The notes under the pieces are model-generated. The model was not told the DNA's origin and searched no databases. It worked only from the letters and a program-made list of their open reading frames with translations. From Escherichia phage tonnikala: 51,277 nt of DNA. This document shows, piece after piece, positions 24,721 through 34,662 of this stretch; within the stretch, counting starts at the first letter, position 1, and each line of letters opens with the position of its first letter. The stretch is taken from sequence record NC_049817.1; one strand, 5' to 3'. Made by a program: the position numbers and the translations under genes.

Positions 24721-26288
24721 TGATCATATGGGAAGATTTGACGGCGGCGCAAAAGCGAGCCATTAAAGAAATCAGTGAGCATTCATTCGAAAAGATGATC
24801 AGAATCTGGTTCCAATTATTGCAGGGGCAAAAATTCCAGAGCAACTGGCATTTTAGCTTATTGTGCAGTGAGGTAGAGAAGATCATCAATGGAGAGTCGC
24901 AGAATGTGATTTTCAACATTACGCCAGGTAGCGGCAAGACTGAGATTTTCTCGATCCACATGTCACCCTACGCGTCATTGAAAAGCCGGAAAGTGAGAAA
25001 CCTTAACCTTTCGTTTAGTGATGGCCTTGTCCAGCAAAACAGCAACCGGATAAAGGAGATTATTGGTTCTCCTGAGTGGCAAGAGCTATGGCCTGGAAAA
25101 CTGGCAAAGGCGAGCGCTAAAGATCTGATAGTCACCGAAGGCGGCAAGGTTAAATTGCAAGTTAACTCACGTTCTATTGGCGGCCAGGTAACAGGTTTGC
25201 GTGGCGGCTATATGGATGATGGTTTTACTGGTATGCTGGTTCTTGACGATCCAGACAAGCCGGATGACATGCTTTCTAAGGTCAAGCGCGAGGCTATTCA
25301 CATGCGGTTAAAAAACACAGTGCGATCGCGTCGAATGAAAGACACCACGCCAATCGTTATGGTGCAACAGCGACTACACGTTAATGATTCCACTTGGTTC
25401 ATGCTTAATGGCGGGATGGGTGGTATTGAGTTTAAAGTCGTGAGCATTCCGGCGCTGGTTACGAAAGAATACCGCGAAACGCTTCCTGATTGGTTGAAGT
25501 CTGAATTTGATCGTGATGTGCTGTCAAGTAAGCCAGTGATGATAGATGGTGTTGCTCATTATTCATTTTGGCCTGCGAAGGAAAGCGCGGAGGAGTTGCT
25601 CGCATTGCGCAATGCAGATCCTTACACGTTCGCCAGCCAATACCAACAGCAACCAATCGCGCTGGGCGGGAACGTGTTTAAAACAGAGTGGTTCCAGTAT
25701 TACGGCAGCGGCGAAAAATGCGCACTTCCTAAACCGGATCGCTTTGAATACACATTTATTACTGGAGATACCGCGCAGAAGGCCGGAGAGCTTAACGACT
25801 ATTCAGTTTTTTGTTATTGGGGGATGTATAAGAATCGCGTTTACTTCATTGATGGCATTCGCGGAAAGTGGGAAGCGCCGGATCTTGAATTAAATTTTAT
25901 TGCCTTCGTTAACCAGTGCTGGAAGCGCAATAAGGAGTGTGGCAGCTTGCGACGTATCCACATTGAGGATAAGGCCAGCGGCACGGGTTTGATTCAGGGG
26001 GCCAAAAAGAAGATCCAGATTGATATAAATCCCGTTCAGCGAAGCAATGACAAGGTAACGCGAGCAATGGACGCCGCGCCAGTGATGAGGGCAGGACGTG
26101 TGGCGCTGCCAGAAAATCACCCAATGCTGCCTGAGATACTGGCAGAGGTTGCAGCATTCACTTTTGATGATTCTCATCCCCATGATGATATTGTCGATAA
26201 TATAGTTGATGCTGTTAACGTCGAAATGAATTTGGCAGATGATCCGGTAGCAAGGATGAAAAAGCTGGCAGGTCTACGCAATAAATAG
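24720..26288 (+). CDS. terminase large subunit
   Basis: 522 aa; Walker A-like ITPGSGKTE in N-terminal ATPase region; precedes portal. Confidence 0.8.
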   Translation: MIIWEDLTAAQKRAIKEISEHSFEKMIRIWFQLLQGQKFQSNWHFSLLCSEVEKIINGESQNVIFNITPGSGKTEIFSIHMSPYASLKSRKVRNLNLSFSDGLVQQNSNRIKEIIGSPEWQELWPGKLAKASAKDLIVTEGGKVKLQVNSRSIGGQVTGLRGGYMDDGFTGMLVLDDPDKPDDMLSKVKREAIHMRLKNTVRSRRMKDTTPIVMVQQRLHVNDSTWFMLNGGMGGIEFKVVSIPALVTKEYRETLPDWLKSEFDRDVLSSKPVMIDGVAHYSFWPAKESAEELLALRNADPYTFASQYQQQPIALGGNVFKTEWFQYYGSGEKCALPKPDRFEYTFITGDTAQKAGELNDYSVFCYWGMYKNRVYFIDGIRGKWEAPDLELNFIAFVNQCWKRNKECGSLRRIHIEDKASGTGLIQGAKKKIQIDINPVQRSNDKVTRAMDAAPVMRAGRVALPENHPMLPEILAEVAAFTFDDSHPHDDIVDNIVDAVNVEMNLADDPVARMKKLAGLRNK

Positions 26289-26305
26289 CACTAATTGCTA
26301 AAAAG
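26286..26305 (+). promoter_or_regulatory. conserved motif variant (TAGCACTAATTGCTAAAAAG)
   Basis: TAG is the terminase stop codon; TATAAT follows, then a terminator hairpin. Confidence 0.4.
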
Positions 26306-26317
26306 TTATATAATCAA

Positions 26318-26342
26318 GGCTGGATTTTTCCAGCCTTTTTTA
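26318..26342 (+). terminator. rho-independent terminator between terminase and portal
   Basis: GGCTGGA-TTTT-TCCAGCC hairpin followed by TTTTTT. Confidence 0.5.
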
Positions 26343-26358
26343 TTATGGAGATTTGACG

Positions 26359-27651
26359 ATGAGCGAAAAAACAAGGCTAGTTAAGGCCGATGGATACAAC
26401 GAGATTTTCAAGGGTAGCAAGGGTAATGGGCGTGTAGAGTTGCCTTTCTTTATGCAAGGGTTCGAATACACCACGCACGCTGATTTTTACATTCGCGACG
26501 GCCTAGCAAAACGAATTATCGACGTTGTTCCAGAAGAAATGGTGACGCCTGGATTTAATATTGATGGCGTGGAAGATGAGGAGAGTTTTAGATCTTTGTG
26601 GGATGAGAAGCGACTAAACGATAAAATCATTGATGCGCTTTGCTGGTCGCGTCTTTTTGGTGGCGCTGCAATCGTGGCAATCGTTCAGGATGGCAGGTCG
26701 TTAAAGTCACCTGTAGCGCCTGGTGCAATCCTTGAAGATGTTCGCGTTTACGATCGCTTTCAGGTTAGGGTAGAAAAGCGCGAAACTAATCCACGCAAGG
26801 TAAGATATGGTGAGCCATTAATTTACACCATTTCACCTGGTGCCGACTTGCCAGAATACCAGGTTCACTATTCGCGAGTCTGTATTATCGACGGTGAGCG
26901 GCTACCAAATCAGCGGCGTAAATCAAATGATGGGTGGGGTGAGTCGATCCTGAATAAGCGACTTGTTGAGGCTATTTGTGATTATAACTACTGCGAAAAC
27001 TTAGCAACTCAATTGTTGCGACGTAAGCAACAGGCGGTATGGAAAGTTAAAGGTCTTGCTGATCTTTGTGATGATGATGATGGTGTTAGTGCCGCACGTT
27101 TGCGACTTGCTCAAGTTGATGATGAGGGTGGCGTAGGCCGTGCGATCGGCATTGATGCGGAAGATGAGGAATATGATGTTTTAAATTCTGATATTTCTGC
27201 CGTCGATTCGTTCTTGGAAAAGAAGATGGATCGCATTGTATCTCTTTCCGGCATCCATGAAATCATCCTCAAAAACAAGAACGTTGGCGGTGTTAGCGCG
27301 AGCCAAAACACGGCGCTTGAAACCTTCTACAAGCTGATCGACCGAAAGCGAAAGGAAGAATACAAACCAATCCTTGAATTTCTGATCCCGTTCCTTATTC
27401 AAGAGGAAGAATGGAGTATTCAGTTTGCGCCGTTAAGCGTTCCCAGCGAAAAGGACCAGGCCGAGATCTTGAACAAGAATATTGATTCTTTGAGCAAGGC
27501 TATTGACGGTCAATTCATGGATACAGAGGAGGCGCGCGACACATTGCGAGCCATTGCGCCTAACGTTAAACTAAAAGACGGCAATAACATTAAATTACCT
27601 GAGCAGGACGTAGAGCCGGAGCCAGGAACAACCGAGGGTAACGATCAATGA
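26359..27651 (+). CDS. portal protein
   Basis: About 430 aa directly after terminase, acidic C-terminus; start set at ATG with GGAG RBS (track begins 6 nt earlier). Confidence 0.7.
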   Translation: MSEKTRLVKADGYNEIFKGSKGNGRVELPFFMQGFEYTTHADFYIRDGLAKRIIDVVPEEMVTPGFNIDGVEDEESFRSLWDEKRLNDKIIDALCWSRLFGGAAIVAIVQDGRSLKSPVAPGAILEDVRVYDRFQVRVEKRETNPRKVRYGEPLIYTISPGADLPEYQVHYSRVCIIDGERLPNQRRKSNDGWGESILNKRLVEAICDYNYCENLATQLLRRKQQAVWKVKGLADLCDDDDGVSAARLRLAQVDDEGGVGRAIGIDAEDEEYDVLNSDISAVDSFLEKKMDRIVSLSGIHEIILKNKNVGGVSASQNTALETFYKLIDRKRKEEYKPILEFLIPFLIQEEEWSIQFAPLSVPSEKDQAEILNKNIDSLSKAIDGQFMDTEEARDTLRAIAPNVKLKDGNNIKLPEQDVEPEPGTTEGNDQ

Positions 27652-28403
27652 TAGTGAAAGGCGTCGTTAAACAATGGCGCTTTCCTGAAGCAAGCGAGCG
27701 GCAATTGCGCCGCTCAATTCAGGAGGCGATAAGGGATCTTGTTGTGCTGATGCGCAGAAAAACAAAGGAAATGAAATTTGACGCGGACACCGAAGAAATC
27801 AACGCCGCAGAGGATGAGATTAGTAGCTTCGCGTTAAAGCTAATAGCTGGCATCGCCGCATCACTTCCGGCTATCGGCCTTGCTGTTTATAAATTCAACG
27901 CAAAGCAATTTATTAACGTAGCGAAATCAACGGGAGGTAAGTCAAATTCCGCCGTTATCATCCTTATGGCTATTGGGGCCAATGCGAATGAGAGTTGGTA
28001 TAGGACGCTATACGGTCAATGGCATGACATGACGATCGCATCTCTTCAAAAACTATTTGGAAACATTGTGTCTGACTGGTCAACCAATATCAGATCGGCA
28101 AACTTTCGCGGAATGAGAGATAGTCAGGTTAATGAATTGGCTGGTAAGAGGTTCGCAGTTTATAGCTCTTGGGGTAAGACAAGGGCGGAAAACATCATAG
28201 GCGCTTGGAATAGTAGACTCATGCGCCAGCGTCTGTATGATGCAAAAGTAACTCATTATTTTTGGCATGGTATGCTTGATGACAGAGAGCGATTGCAGCA
28301 TGTACAATGGGAAGGTAAGCGCATTGCGCTAGATTCTGAACATGATTTTCCTGGTGAGCCTTTCGGTTGTCGTTGTTGGGCCATACCAGATTGGAACAGT
28401 TAA
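27648..28403 (+). CDS. head morphogenesis / minor head protein (Mu F / SPP1 gp7 family)
   Basis: Position after portal; C-terminal H...CRC motif (HDFPGEPFGCRCWAIP). Confidence 0.6.
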   Translation: MIVKGVVKQWRFPEASERQLRRSIQEAIRDLVVLMRRKTKEMKFDADTEEINAAEDEISSFALKLIAGIAASLPAIGLAVYKFNAKQFINVAKSTGGKSNSAVIILMAIGANANESWYRTLYGQWHDMTIASLQKLFGNIVSDWSTNIRSANFRGMRDSQVNELAGKRFAVYSSWGKTRAENIIGAWNSRLMRQRLYDAKVTHYFWHGMLDDRERLQHVQWEGKRIALDSEHDFPGEPFGCRCWAIPDWNS

Positions 28404-28413
28404 GAGGTGTTAA

Positions 28414-29529
28414 ATGAAGGCAAAACAAAGATTTGATAGCGCCAAAGTAAAGGCGCACTTTGATGATAACGGATTTTTAGTTGATCGCCCTATCGTGGCG
28501 CGAATTGGTTTACAAGTCTATCAGACTCCTTTCGGTGAGCGCAGAGAATTTCGTCCGGCGTCCGAAGTATTCAAGGCCGACTCACTCGCCACCTTCGCAG
28601 GGAAGCCAGTCACGGTTGGTCACGTTACGGTAACTCCAGAAAACGCCGAGAAGGTTGTGGTTGGTTCTTGTGCTGGCGCTGGTGTGCCGAACGGGATCGG
28701 CGTAGAGGTTCCGTTAAGCATTTACTCAAAACGAGCAATCGAAAGCGCGAAGAAGCGAGACACGGCGGAGATTTCAGTTGGTTATACATCGGTTGATATT
28801 GATAAACCAGGCTGGGGCAATAATAAAACTGGTGAGTACGTTTTCGATGAGGATGTTAGCGAAGACTGGAAACCTGATTCTCCTGATTGGGTTAAGTTTG
28901 ATGCAATCCAGACTGAAATCAAGGTAAACCACATCGCTTTAGTTTTCCGAGGTCGAGCCGGTATTGCAAAATTAAACCTTGATAGCCAGCAAGATTTTCC
29001 GTATAGTGACGACGTTATTAACAACAAAGAGGATCAAATCATGACTGTAAAAATTAAACTGGATGGCGCTGTAGAATTTGATGTGCCGAAAGCAGTTGCG
29101 GATCACATTGAAACGCTTAAAGCTGATGCCAAAGCACAGAAAGAAAAGGCGGATGGCCTGGAAGCTGAGCGCGATGCGCTGCAAACCAAAGTAGATGGCA
29201 TTCAGGATCAGATTGATGCCGCAGTCAAGAAGGCAAAAGAAGATGCCGAGCAATATGCTCAATTAGTGGCAGACGCTAAAGAGTTAGGCATCAAGTGCGA
29301 CGGCCTGGACGCGAAAGCAATCAAGGTTGCATACATCAAAGAAGTTATGGGTAATGACGTTTCTGATAAAACTGATGCCTATATCGAAACAGCTTTCGAC
29401 ATCGCCAAAAACTCTGATAAAATGTCGGCGCAGCGTAAGAGCATTAAGGGTGACTCTTTCGCGAATGAAAAACAGGATGAAGCAGGTTCTAAGCTGAATC
29501 CTAACGCTCGTTTTGAGAAACTGAAATAA
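28414..29529 (+). CDS. putative capsid scaffolding / prohead core protein
   Basis: 371 aa between head morphogenesis and capsid genes; Ala/Lys/Glu-rich coiled-coil-like C-terminal half. Confidence 0.45.
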   Translation: MKAKQRFDSAKVKAHFDDNGFLVDRPIVARIGLQVYQTPFGERREFRPASEVFKADSLATFAGKPVTVGHVTVTPENAEKVVVGSCAGAGVPNGIGVEVPLSIYSKRAIESAKKRDTAEISVGYTSVDIDKPGWGNNKTGEYVFDEDVSEDWKPDSPDWVKFDAIQTEIKVNHIALVFRGRAGIAKLNLDSQQDFPYSDDVINNKEDQIMTVKIKLDGAVEFDVPKAVADHIETLKADAKAQKEKADGLEAERDALQTKVDGIQDQIDAAVKKAKEDAEQYAQLVADAKELGIKCDGLDAKAIKVAYIKEVMGNDVSDKTDAYIETAFDIAKNSDKMSAQRKSIKGDSFANEKQDEAGSKLNPNARFEKLK

Positions 29530-29541
29530 GGAGTAATTAAA

Positions 29542-30051
29542 ATGGCTAAAATTGGAGCAAGTTATTTTGACACTATGGCGCGTGCGCTTCCTGGTCAGGT
29601 ATCCGACACGTCAGCATATAACATCGACGGCGCTTGCGTTCTTGACAAGGAAGACGGCATCCCAATCCTGGTTGGCGTGGCTGTTAAGCTAAAAGGCGTT
29701 GACTCAATGGGTAATAAGCTGATCGACGCTATTTCTGGTGGTGGTGATGTTCCTTATGGCGTTGGCGTTCGTTCGCACTTTCAAACTACGGCTGATAATG
29801 GTCGAATGGTTTATGAGGCTGGCGGCGGAATCAACGTTATGACTGAGGGCCGTGTCTGGATGATTGGCGATGATTCCGATAAAAGCAAAAAGCCAGAATA
29901 TCGTGAGCCTGTAAAAATTGATGAAAACTCTGGCAAGGTGAAAAGTGCTGGCGCTATCAATACAAACTGGGTTTACACTGGCGATAAAACCACTTTTGGA
30001 ACTGGCAATAATATGTTGACTTTGTTTGAAGTTCAGGTCTTCCCAAGCTAA
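29542..30051 (+). CDS. head-associated protein, possible decoration protein
   Basis: 169 aa; N-terminal domain paralogous to the next gene (YNIDG...; RVWMIGDD versus GVVWCVTQ). Confidence 0.4.
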   Translation: MAKIGASYFDTMARALPGQVSDTSAYNIDGACVLDKEDGIPILVGVAVKLKGVDSMGNKLIDAISGGGDVPYGVGVRSHFQTTADNGRMVYEAGGGINVMTEGRVWMIGDDSDKSKKPEYREPVKIDENSGKVKSAGAINTNWVYTGDKTTFGTGNNMLTLFEVQVFPS

Positions 30052-30057
30052 AATCAA

Positions 30058-30083
30058 GGCGCTCGCTTGAGCGCCTTTTTTTA
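30058..30083 (+). terminator. rho-independent terminator
   Basis: GGCGCTC-GCTT-GAGCGCC hairpin followed by TTTTTTT. Confidence 0.55.
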
Positions 30084-30102
30084 TTATGTAAGGAGAAATG
30101 AA

Positions 30103-30885
30103 ATGGCTAAAGATTATTCATCTGTTATGGGTCTTTCTTGTCCTGGTTGTTTGGTTGATTCTACTCGCTACAATATTGATGGTACTGGCGTTTGTGGTTC
30201 TGAATCGATCATTGCTGGTAAGGTTGTTTTCTTTAAGGAGAGAATCGGCGGTTACAACATATTTGTTGACCACAAAGAGGAGGACGCTGTGGTTGCAGGT
30301 GTTGCGCTAAGGAGCAACATAACAACGACAGTTAACGAGGAAGACGGGTATTCCGACTACAAGGAAGGAGACGCCATCAACATTTTGACAAGAGGTGTTG
30401 TATGGTGTGTAACTCAAACAATTGAATCTCCCCCTGAGCATGGGGATCTTGTTTATGTTAACAATGATGGTTTTGTAGCAAAGAGTGATGGCGATGAAAT
30501 CGTCGATGGCTGGATTTTTACTGGTGACTTCTACAAGTTTGATGAAACAATAAACATAGTCGGAGTCAGAATAACGCCGCTTTATCATAGAAAATATCTT
30601 CTCACTGGTGCGATCATTGAGGCTGAAAATGGATACATAGAGGGAACAGAGACGATTGATAACGTCCAATTAAAGGTGACAGTTGTTCCGACTTGGGCCG
30701 ACGACAAAACTGGTCATTGGACAATTACAAATCCACAAGATCCAATGGTTGCCAGTGTTAGTCGAACAGGCCTTGTTGTTCCTACTGGTGTGGGAGGTAG
30801 AGTTAACGTCAACTGGACTGCTAATGATGGTTCTGGAGTTGCTGACCAGTTTGATATTGTATTTACGAAAACCGCTGGCGAATAA
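30103..30885 (+). CDS. head-associated protein with C-terminal Ig-like domain
   Basis: Start at MAKDYSS with AAGGAG RBS; N-terminal domain paralogous to previous gene; C-terminal beta-rich Ig-like segment. Confidence 0.45.
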   Translation: MAKDYSSVMGLSCPGCLVDSTRYNIDGTGVCGSESIIAGKVVFFKERIGGYNIFVDHKEEDAVVAGVALRSNITTTVNEEDGYSDYKEGDAINILTRGVVWCVTQTIESPPEHGDLVYVNNDGFVAKSDGDEIVDGWIFTGDFYKFDETINIVGVRITPLYHRKYLLTGAIIEAENGYIEGTETIDNVQLKVTVVPTWADDKTGHWTITNPQDPMVASVSRTGLVVPTGVGGRVNVNWTANDGSGVADQFDIVFTKTAGE

Positions 30886-30910
30886 CTAATAGCATAAAAA
30901 AACATTGCAC

Positions 30911-30928
30911 GTTTAACAAAAAGTGCTA
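30911..30928 (-). promoter_or_regulatory. conserved motif copy in reverse orientation upstream of capsid gene
   Basis: GTTTAACAAAAAGTGCTA on + strand, followed by terminator hairpin and capsid RBS. Confidence 0.4.
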
Positions 30929-30935
30929 TCATCTA

Positions 30936-30961
30936 GGCCGTTACATTTAACGGCCTTTTTT
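30936..30961 (+). terminator. rho-independent terminator immediately upstream of capsid gene
   Basis: GGCCGTTA-CATT-TAACGGCC hairpin plus TTTTTT, 15 nt before capsid ATG. Confidence 0.5.
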
Positions 30962-30975
30962 ATGGAGGAAGCAAA

Positions 30976-31947
30976 ATGGCTAAAAAATATGATGAACTAG
31001 ATGCTACGATTGTGGCGAATCATTTGCAGATTCAGGGTGTTAAGTCCGACGCTTCTGATATGGGCATTTGGACCGCTCAAGAGCTACACAAGATCCGCTC
31101 TACCGCATACGAGAAAGAGTATCCGGCAGGTTCCGCGCTTCGCGTATTCCCTGTAACAAACGAGCTTTCTGATACTGACAAGACTTTCGAATATCAGACT
31201 TTTGATAAGGTTGGCTACGCGAAAATTATCGCCGACTACACCGATGATCTGCCGACTGTGGACGCGTTGATGACTTCTGAGTTTGGCAAAGTGTTCCGCC
31301 TGGGTAACGCTTATCTAATCTCCATTGATGAGATTAAAGCAGGTCAGCGAACTGGCAAGAGCCTGTCAACTCGCAAGGCTAACGCTGCGCAAAATGCGCA
31401 TGATCAGTTGATTAACTTCCTGGTGTTCAAAGGTTCCAAGCCTCATAAGATCGTTTCCGTTTTCGATCATCCTAACCTTACGAAAATTGTTTCTAAAGGC
31501 TGGATGAGCCAGGACGGCAATACCAAGTTCCCGGAAGTGGCAAGCGATGAACTGGAGGCCGCAATCGAAACGATCGAGGAAGTAACCAAAGGTCAGCACC
31601 GCGCGACCAATATCCTGATCCCGCCGTCCATGCGCAAAGTCCTGACGGTTCGAATGGAAAATACCACTGAAAGTTATCTGGAATACTTCCAGAAGCAAAA
31701 CGGCGGTATCACTATCGACTCTATCGCAGAGCTTGAGGATATTGACGGCAAAGGTACGAAAGGTTGCTTGGTTTACGAAAAAGATCCAATGAACATGAGC
31801 ATTGAGATTCCAGAAGCGTTTAACATGCTTCCGGCGCAGCCAAAAGACCTACATTTCAAGGTTCCTTGCACTTCCAAGTGTACTGGCCTTACGATTTATC
31901 GTCCGTTTACGATGGTGCTCATTACCGGCTTGAAAAAAGCTGAGTAA
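30976..31947 (+). CDS. major capsid protein
   Basis: 323 aa, strong GGAGG RBS, position between scaffold-like and connector genes, flanked by terminators. Confidence 0.7.
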   Translation: MAKKYDELDATIVANHLQIQGVKSDASDMGIWTAQELHKIRSTAYEKEYPAGSALRVFPVTNELSDTDKTFEYQTFDKVGYAKIIADYTDDLPTVDALMTSEFGKVFRLGNAYLISIDEIKAGQRTGKSLSTRKANAAQNAHDQLINFLVFKGSKPHKIVSVFDHPNLTKIVSKGWMSQDGNTKFPEVASDELEAAIETIEEVTKGQHRATNILIPPSMRKVLTVRMENTTESYLEYFQKQNGGITIDSIAELEDIDGKGTKGCLVYEKDPMNMSIEIPEAFNMLPAQPKDLHFKVPCTSKCTGLTIYRPFTMVLITGLKKAE

Positions 31948-31958
31948 TTAGATAACAT

Positions 31959-31988
31959 GGGGAGCCTTAAGGGTTCCCCTTTTTTTAT
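31959..31988 (+). terminator. rho-independent terminator after capsid gene
   Basis: GGGGAGCC-TTAA-GGGTTCCCC hairpin plus TTTTTTT. Confidence 0.55.
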
Positions 31989-32004
31989 TTATGGAGTGCA
32001 TAAA

Positions 32005-32271
32005 ATGAGCAAAAATTTAAAACTTAAAGTAACTGGCGTTTGCATGATTATTATGGACGGTAAGCGTTATCATCCTGGTGATGAAATTGAAATTGAATCT
32101 GAACGCATTAATGATTCCGCAATTGAATACCTGATCGCTCGCGGTGATGTGGAAGTTAAAGACAATTCCGAAATTAACGAGCAAATCAAGGCGAAAGCGG
32201 AGAAGAAGCGCAAAAAAGATCCTACCGAGGGCAAGAGCCGCAAAGAGCTAGAGGACGGCGGCGAATATTAA
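32005..32271 (+). CDS. hypothetical head-module protein
   Basis: Start set at MSKNLKLK; Lys-rich C-terminus; 88 aa. Confidence 0.4.
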   Translation: MSKNLKLKVTGVCMIIMDGKRYHPGDEIEIESERINDSAIEYLIARGDVEVKDNSEINEQIKAKAEKKRKKDPTEGKSRKELEDGGEY

Positions 32272-32276
32272 TAATT

Positions 32277-32299
32277 GGGGCGCTTATGCGCCCTTTGTC
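32277..32299 (+). terminator. terminator-like hairpin
   Basis: GGGGCGC-TTAT-GCGCCCC then TTTGTCA; near-identical to the hairpin at 47787. Confidence 0.4.
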
Positions 32300-32317
32300 A
32301 CATCTGGAGAAAACAAA

Positions 32318-32737
32318 ATGGTAGATGAATTTTACACAGACGCTGAAATCATGCAGCAAATCGTAAAGTTAGCGCCGCCAATGCAACAGGTCGATCCCGA
32401 TTTAATTGTGGCATGGATTGAGCTTGCTAAAGAGTTTGTTTGCAAAAAACGGTTTAAAAACTCATACCCTAAAGCGGTTGCGCTTTACACTCTTCACCTT
32501 ATGACCTTAGACGGGGCAATGAAACAGGAAGGTGAAAGCGTAGAAAGCTATTCCCGCCGCGTCGCCTCGTTCACTCTGACTGGTGAGTTTAGTCAGACGT
32601 TTGATCGAATCTCTTCCGATACAAGCGGAAAGCAGATCCGACAAACGCCGTGGGGCAAAATGTACGAAGTGTTAAACCGTAAGCACGGTGGCGGCTTTGG
32701 CCTTGTGACTGGATTGCGCCGGAGATGCTGCCGATGA
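32318..32737 (+). CDS. head-tail connector protein (gp6-like)
   Basis: 139 aa; position and size fit head-tail adaptor proteins. Confidence 0.45.
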   Translation: MVDEFYTDAEIMQQIVKLAPPMQQVDPDLIVAWIELAKEFVCKKRFKNSYPKAVALYTLHLMTLDGAMKQEGESVESYSRRVASFTLTGEFSQTFDRISSDTSGKQIRQTPWGKMYEVLNRKHGGGFGLVTGLRRRCCR

Positions 32738-33105
32738 ACTACAATGAGATTGCAAGAATGGCTACGGCTGGGATTAACTTTTTCAGCGACGCTAACGGTA
32801 TGTTTAAGTGCATCACGCAGCAGGGAGGGGTTGAGATTATCGGTGGAGAGGAAGTTACCAAGCCGGAGATTTCAGTGATGATAAAGGGGCTTGTTAGATC
32901 TCCGAGGACTAGAGAGGTTGACGGTGAAACAATCCGAGTAACCGACAAGTTGGGGATATTCACCAATGAAACTGAGATCAAAAATGGTTATCAGATTGAA
33001 ATTGATGGCGAACGTTATGTTGTCGTTGAAGCAAGACCAGTCAGGCAGACTAACATCACGGCGGCTTATCGTCCGATATTAAGGAGGATTGCTGTGCATG
33101 GCTGA
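32734..33105 (+). CDS. head-tail joining protein
   Basis: Start set at MNYNE overlapping previous stop (ATGA); small neck-module protein. Confidence 0.4.
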   Translation: MNYNEIARMATAGINFFSDANGMFKCITQQGGVEIIGGEEVTKPEISVMIKGLVRSPRTREVDGETIRVTDKLGIFTNETEIKNGYQIEIDGERYVVVEARPVRQTNITAAYRPILRRIAVHG

Positions 33106-33541
33106 TAATTATAAGATCAGGGAATTTCACGGTGATATAAGCAGGTGGATTGATTCAGTAAGCAGCGGCCTTGTTGATTGCGTTGAAATGTTCGCGACAA
33201 ACGTCCACGAGGATCTTGTAAATCGCTCGCCAGTTGATGCGGGCCGATATAAAGCCAACTGGCAGATAACAGCAAACAAGCCGCCGCTATATGCGCTCAA
33301 CCAATACGATCGCGATGGTGGTAAAACCATTGCAGAAGGTAAGCGAGCAATATATGCAATCATGCGTGGCGGTGGCGCGGTGCGGTCAATCTATTTTTCA
33401 AACATGCTCATTTACGCCAACGCGCTTGAATACGGGCATTCAAAACAAGCGCCGTCCGGCGTACTTGGAATCGTGGCGGTAAAGCTGCGATCTTATATGG
33501 CTAAGGCAATAAAGGATTCGAGGGCAAAAAATGCACTATGA
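33098..33541 (+). CDS. HK97 gp10-like neck / tail-completion protein
   Basis: Motif RSPVDAGRYKANW resembles the conserved PVDTG segment of HK97 gp10 family; AAGGAGG RBS. Confidence 0.5.
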   Translation: MADNYKIREFHGDISRWIDSVSSGLVDCVEMFATNVHEDLVNRSPVDAGRYKANWQITANKPPLYALNQYDRDGGKTIAEGKRAIYAIMRGGGAVRSIYFSNMLIYANALEYGHSKQAPSGVLGIVAVKLRSYMAKAIKDSRAKNAL

Positions 33542-33932
33542 TTTAATGTTGGCGGCAAGAAAGGCGCTGGCGGCTGAATATGAATCACGATTTAAGATAG
33601 CCTATGAAAACGTTGATTTTGTGCCGCCTGGAGATGGTTCTATGTGGTTAAAATTTAACTACATGGAAGCAGACACGGATCGCATATCTCTTGATAGAAA
33701 ATGTGTTTCTTATATCGGTTTGGTTCAGGTTGGAATTGTCATTCCTCCTGGCGGTGGCACTGATAAAGCGCGTTTGCTGGCTAAAGAGATTGCGAGATTT
33801 TTCTATGATGGTAGAATGCTTGAAACTGGCTATATTAGCGAGGGGGCAAACGTCCACACGTTACTAAAAAGTGAAACAGGTTGGTTATTGCCGATCCGTT
33901 TCAGTGTTAGGCTTGATACAAAGGAGGAATAA
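33531..33932 (+). CDS. tail terminator protein
   Basis: 133 aa immediately upstream of major tail protein. Confidence 0.45.
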   Translation: MHYDLMLAARKALAAEYESRFKIAYENVDFVPPGDGSMWLKFNYMEADTDRISLDRKCVSYIGLVQVGIVIPPGGGTDKARLLAKEIARFFYDGRMLETGYISEGANVHTLLKSETGWLLPIRFSVRLDTKEE

Positions 33933-33934
33933 TC

Positions 33935-34597
33935 ATGCACTTGCCTAATGGTTCTCAAATTTTCATCGGCGTTAATATGGGTGAGCCAATTAGCGCGACT
34001 CAAATCAGCAATGCTGATAATCCTGTTTTTACAACCGAAAACACTCAAAGCATCCAAAAAGGCGCTTATGTTCTTATTGAAACATCTTCCTGGGGCAAAC
34101 TGGTTAGTCGTGTGTTGCGAGTAAAGGAAGTATCTGATAACGCAAGTGTAACTCTTGAAGGAGTAGATACAACCGATCAGAACGTGTTTCCGGCTGGTTC
34201 TAATACAGCAACCTTCCGAGAAGTAAAATCATGGGTAGAGATTCCTTGCGTACAGGATCTTGCGCAGGACGGAGGCGAGCAACAGTATTACACTTATCAG
34301 TGTTTGGCTGATGACCAGGAGCAGCAGTTACCGACATACAAGAGCGCAGTTTCTCTTACCTACACCTTCGCGCATGAATATGATAATCCGATTTATCCGA
34401 TCTTGCGCGAGGCTGAGGAATCCGGCGACGTAACCGCTTTGCGTATGTACGTTCCGAAAGCTAAAGAGATGCGTTGCTGGGCTGGCGTATTGTCCTTTAA
34501 TGACATTCCGCAAACCACTATGAACGAAATGGAAACTGTTTCCCTTTCCGTATCTCTGAAAGGTCGATTCACGTTCTTACCTTCTGACGTTAAGTAA
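33935..34597 (+). CDS. major tail protein
   Basis: 220 aa with strong AAAGGAGG RBS, directly upstream of the chaperone/frameshift pair and tape measure. Confidence 0.6.
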   Translation: MHLPNGSQIFIGVNMGEPISATQISNADNPVFTTENTQSIQKGAYVLIETSSWGKLVSRVLRVKEVSDNASVTLEGVDTTDQNVFPAGSNTATFREVKSWVEIPCVQDLAQDGGEQQYYTYQCLADDQEQQLPTYKSAVSLTYTFAHEYDNPIYPILREAEESGDVTALRMYVPKAKEMRCWAGVLSFNDIPQTTMNEMETVSLSVSLKGRFTFLPSDVK

Positions 34598-34602
34598 AAC
34601 AA

Positions 34603-34624
34603 GGGGCGTTGCGCCCCTTTTTTC
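34603..34624 (+). terminator. rho-independent terminator
   Basis: GGGGCG-TTG-CGCCCC hairpin plus TTTTTTT after major tail gene. Confidence 0.5.
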
Positions 34625-34662
34625 ATTCCTGTAAAATCAATCTATCAAATAAATTAATTCCA

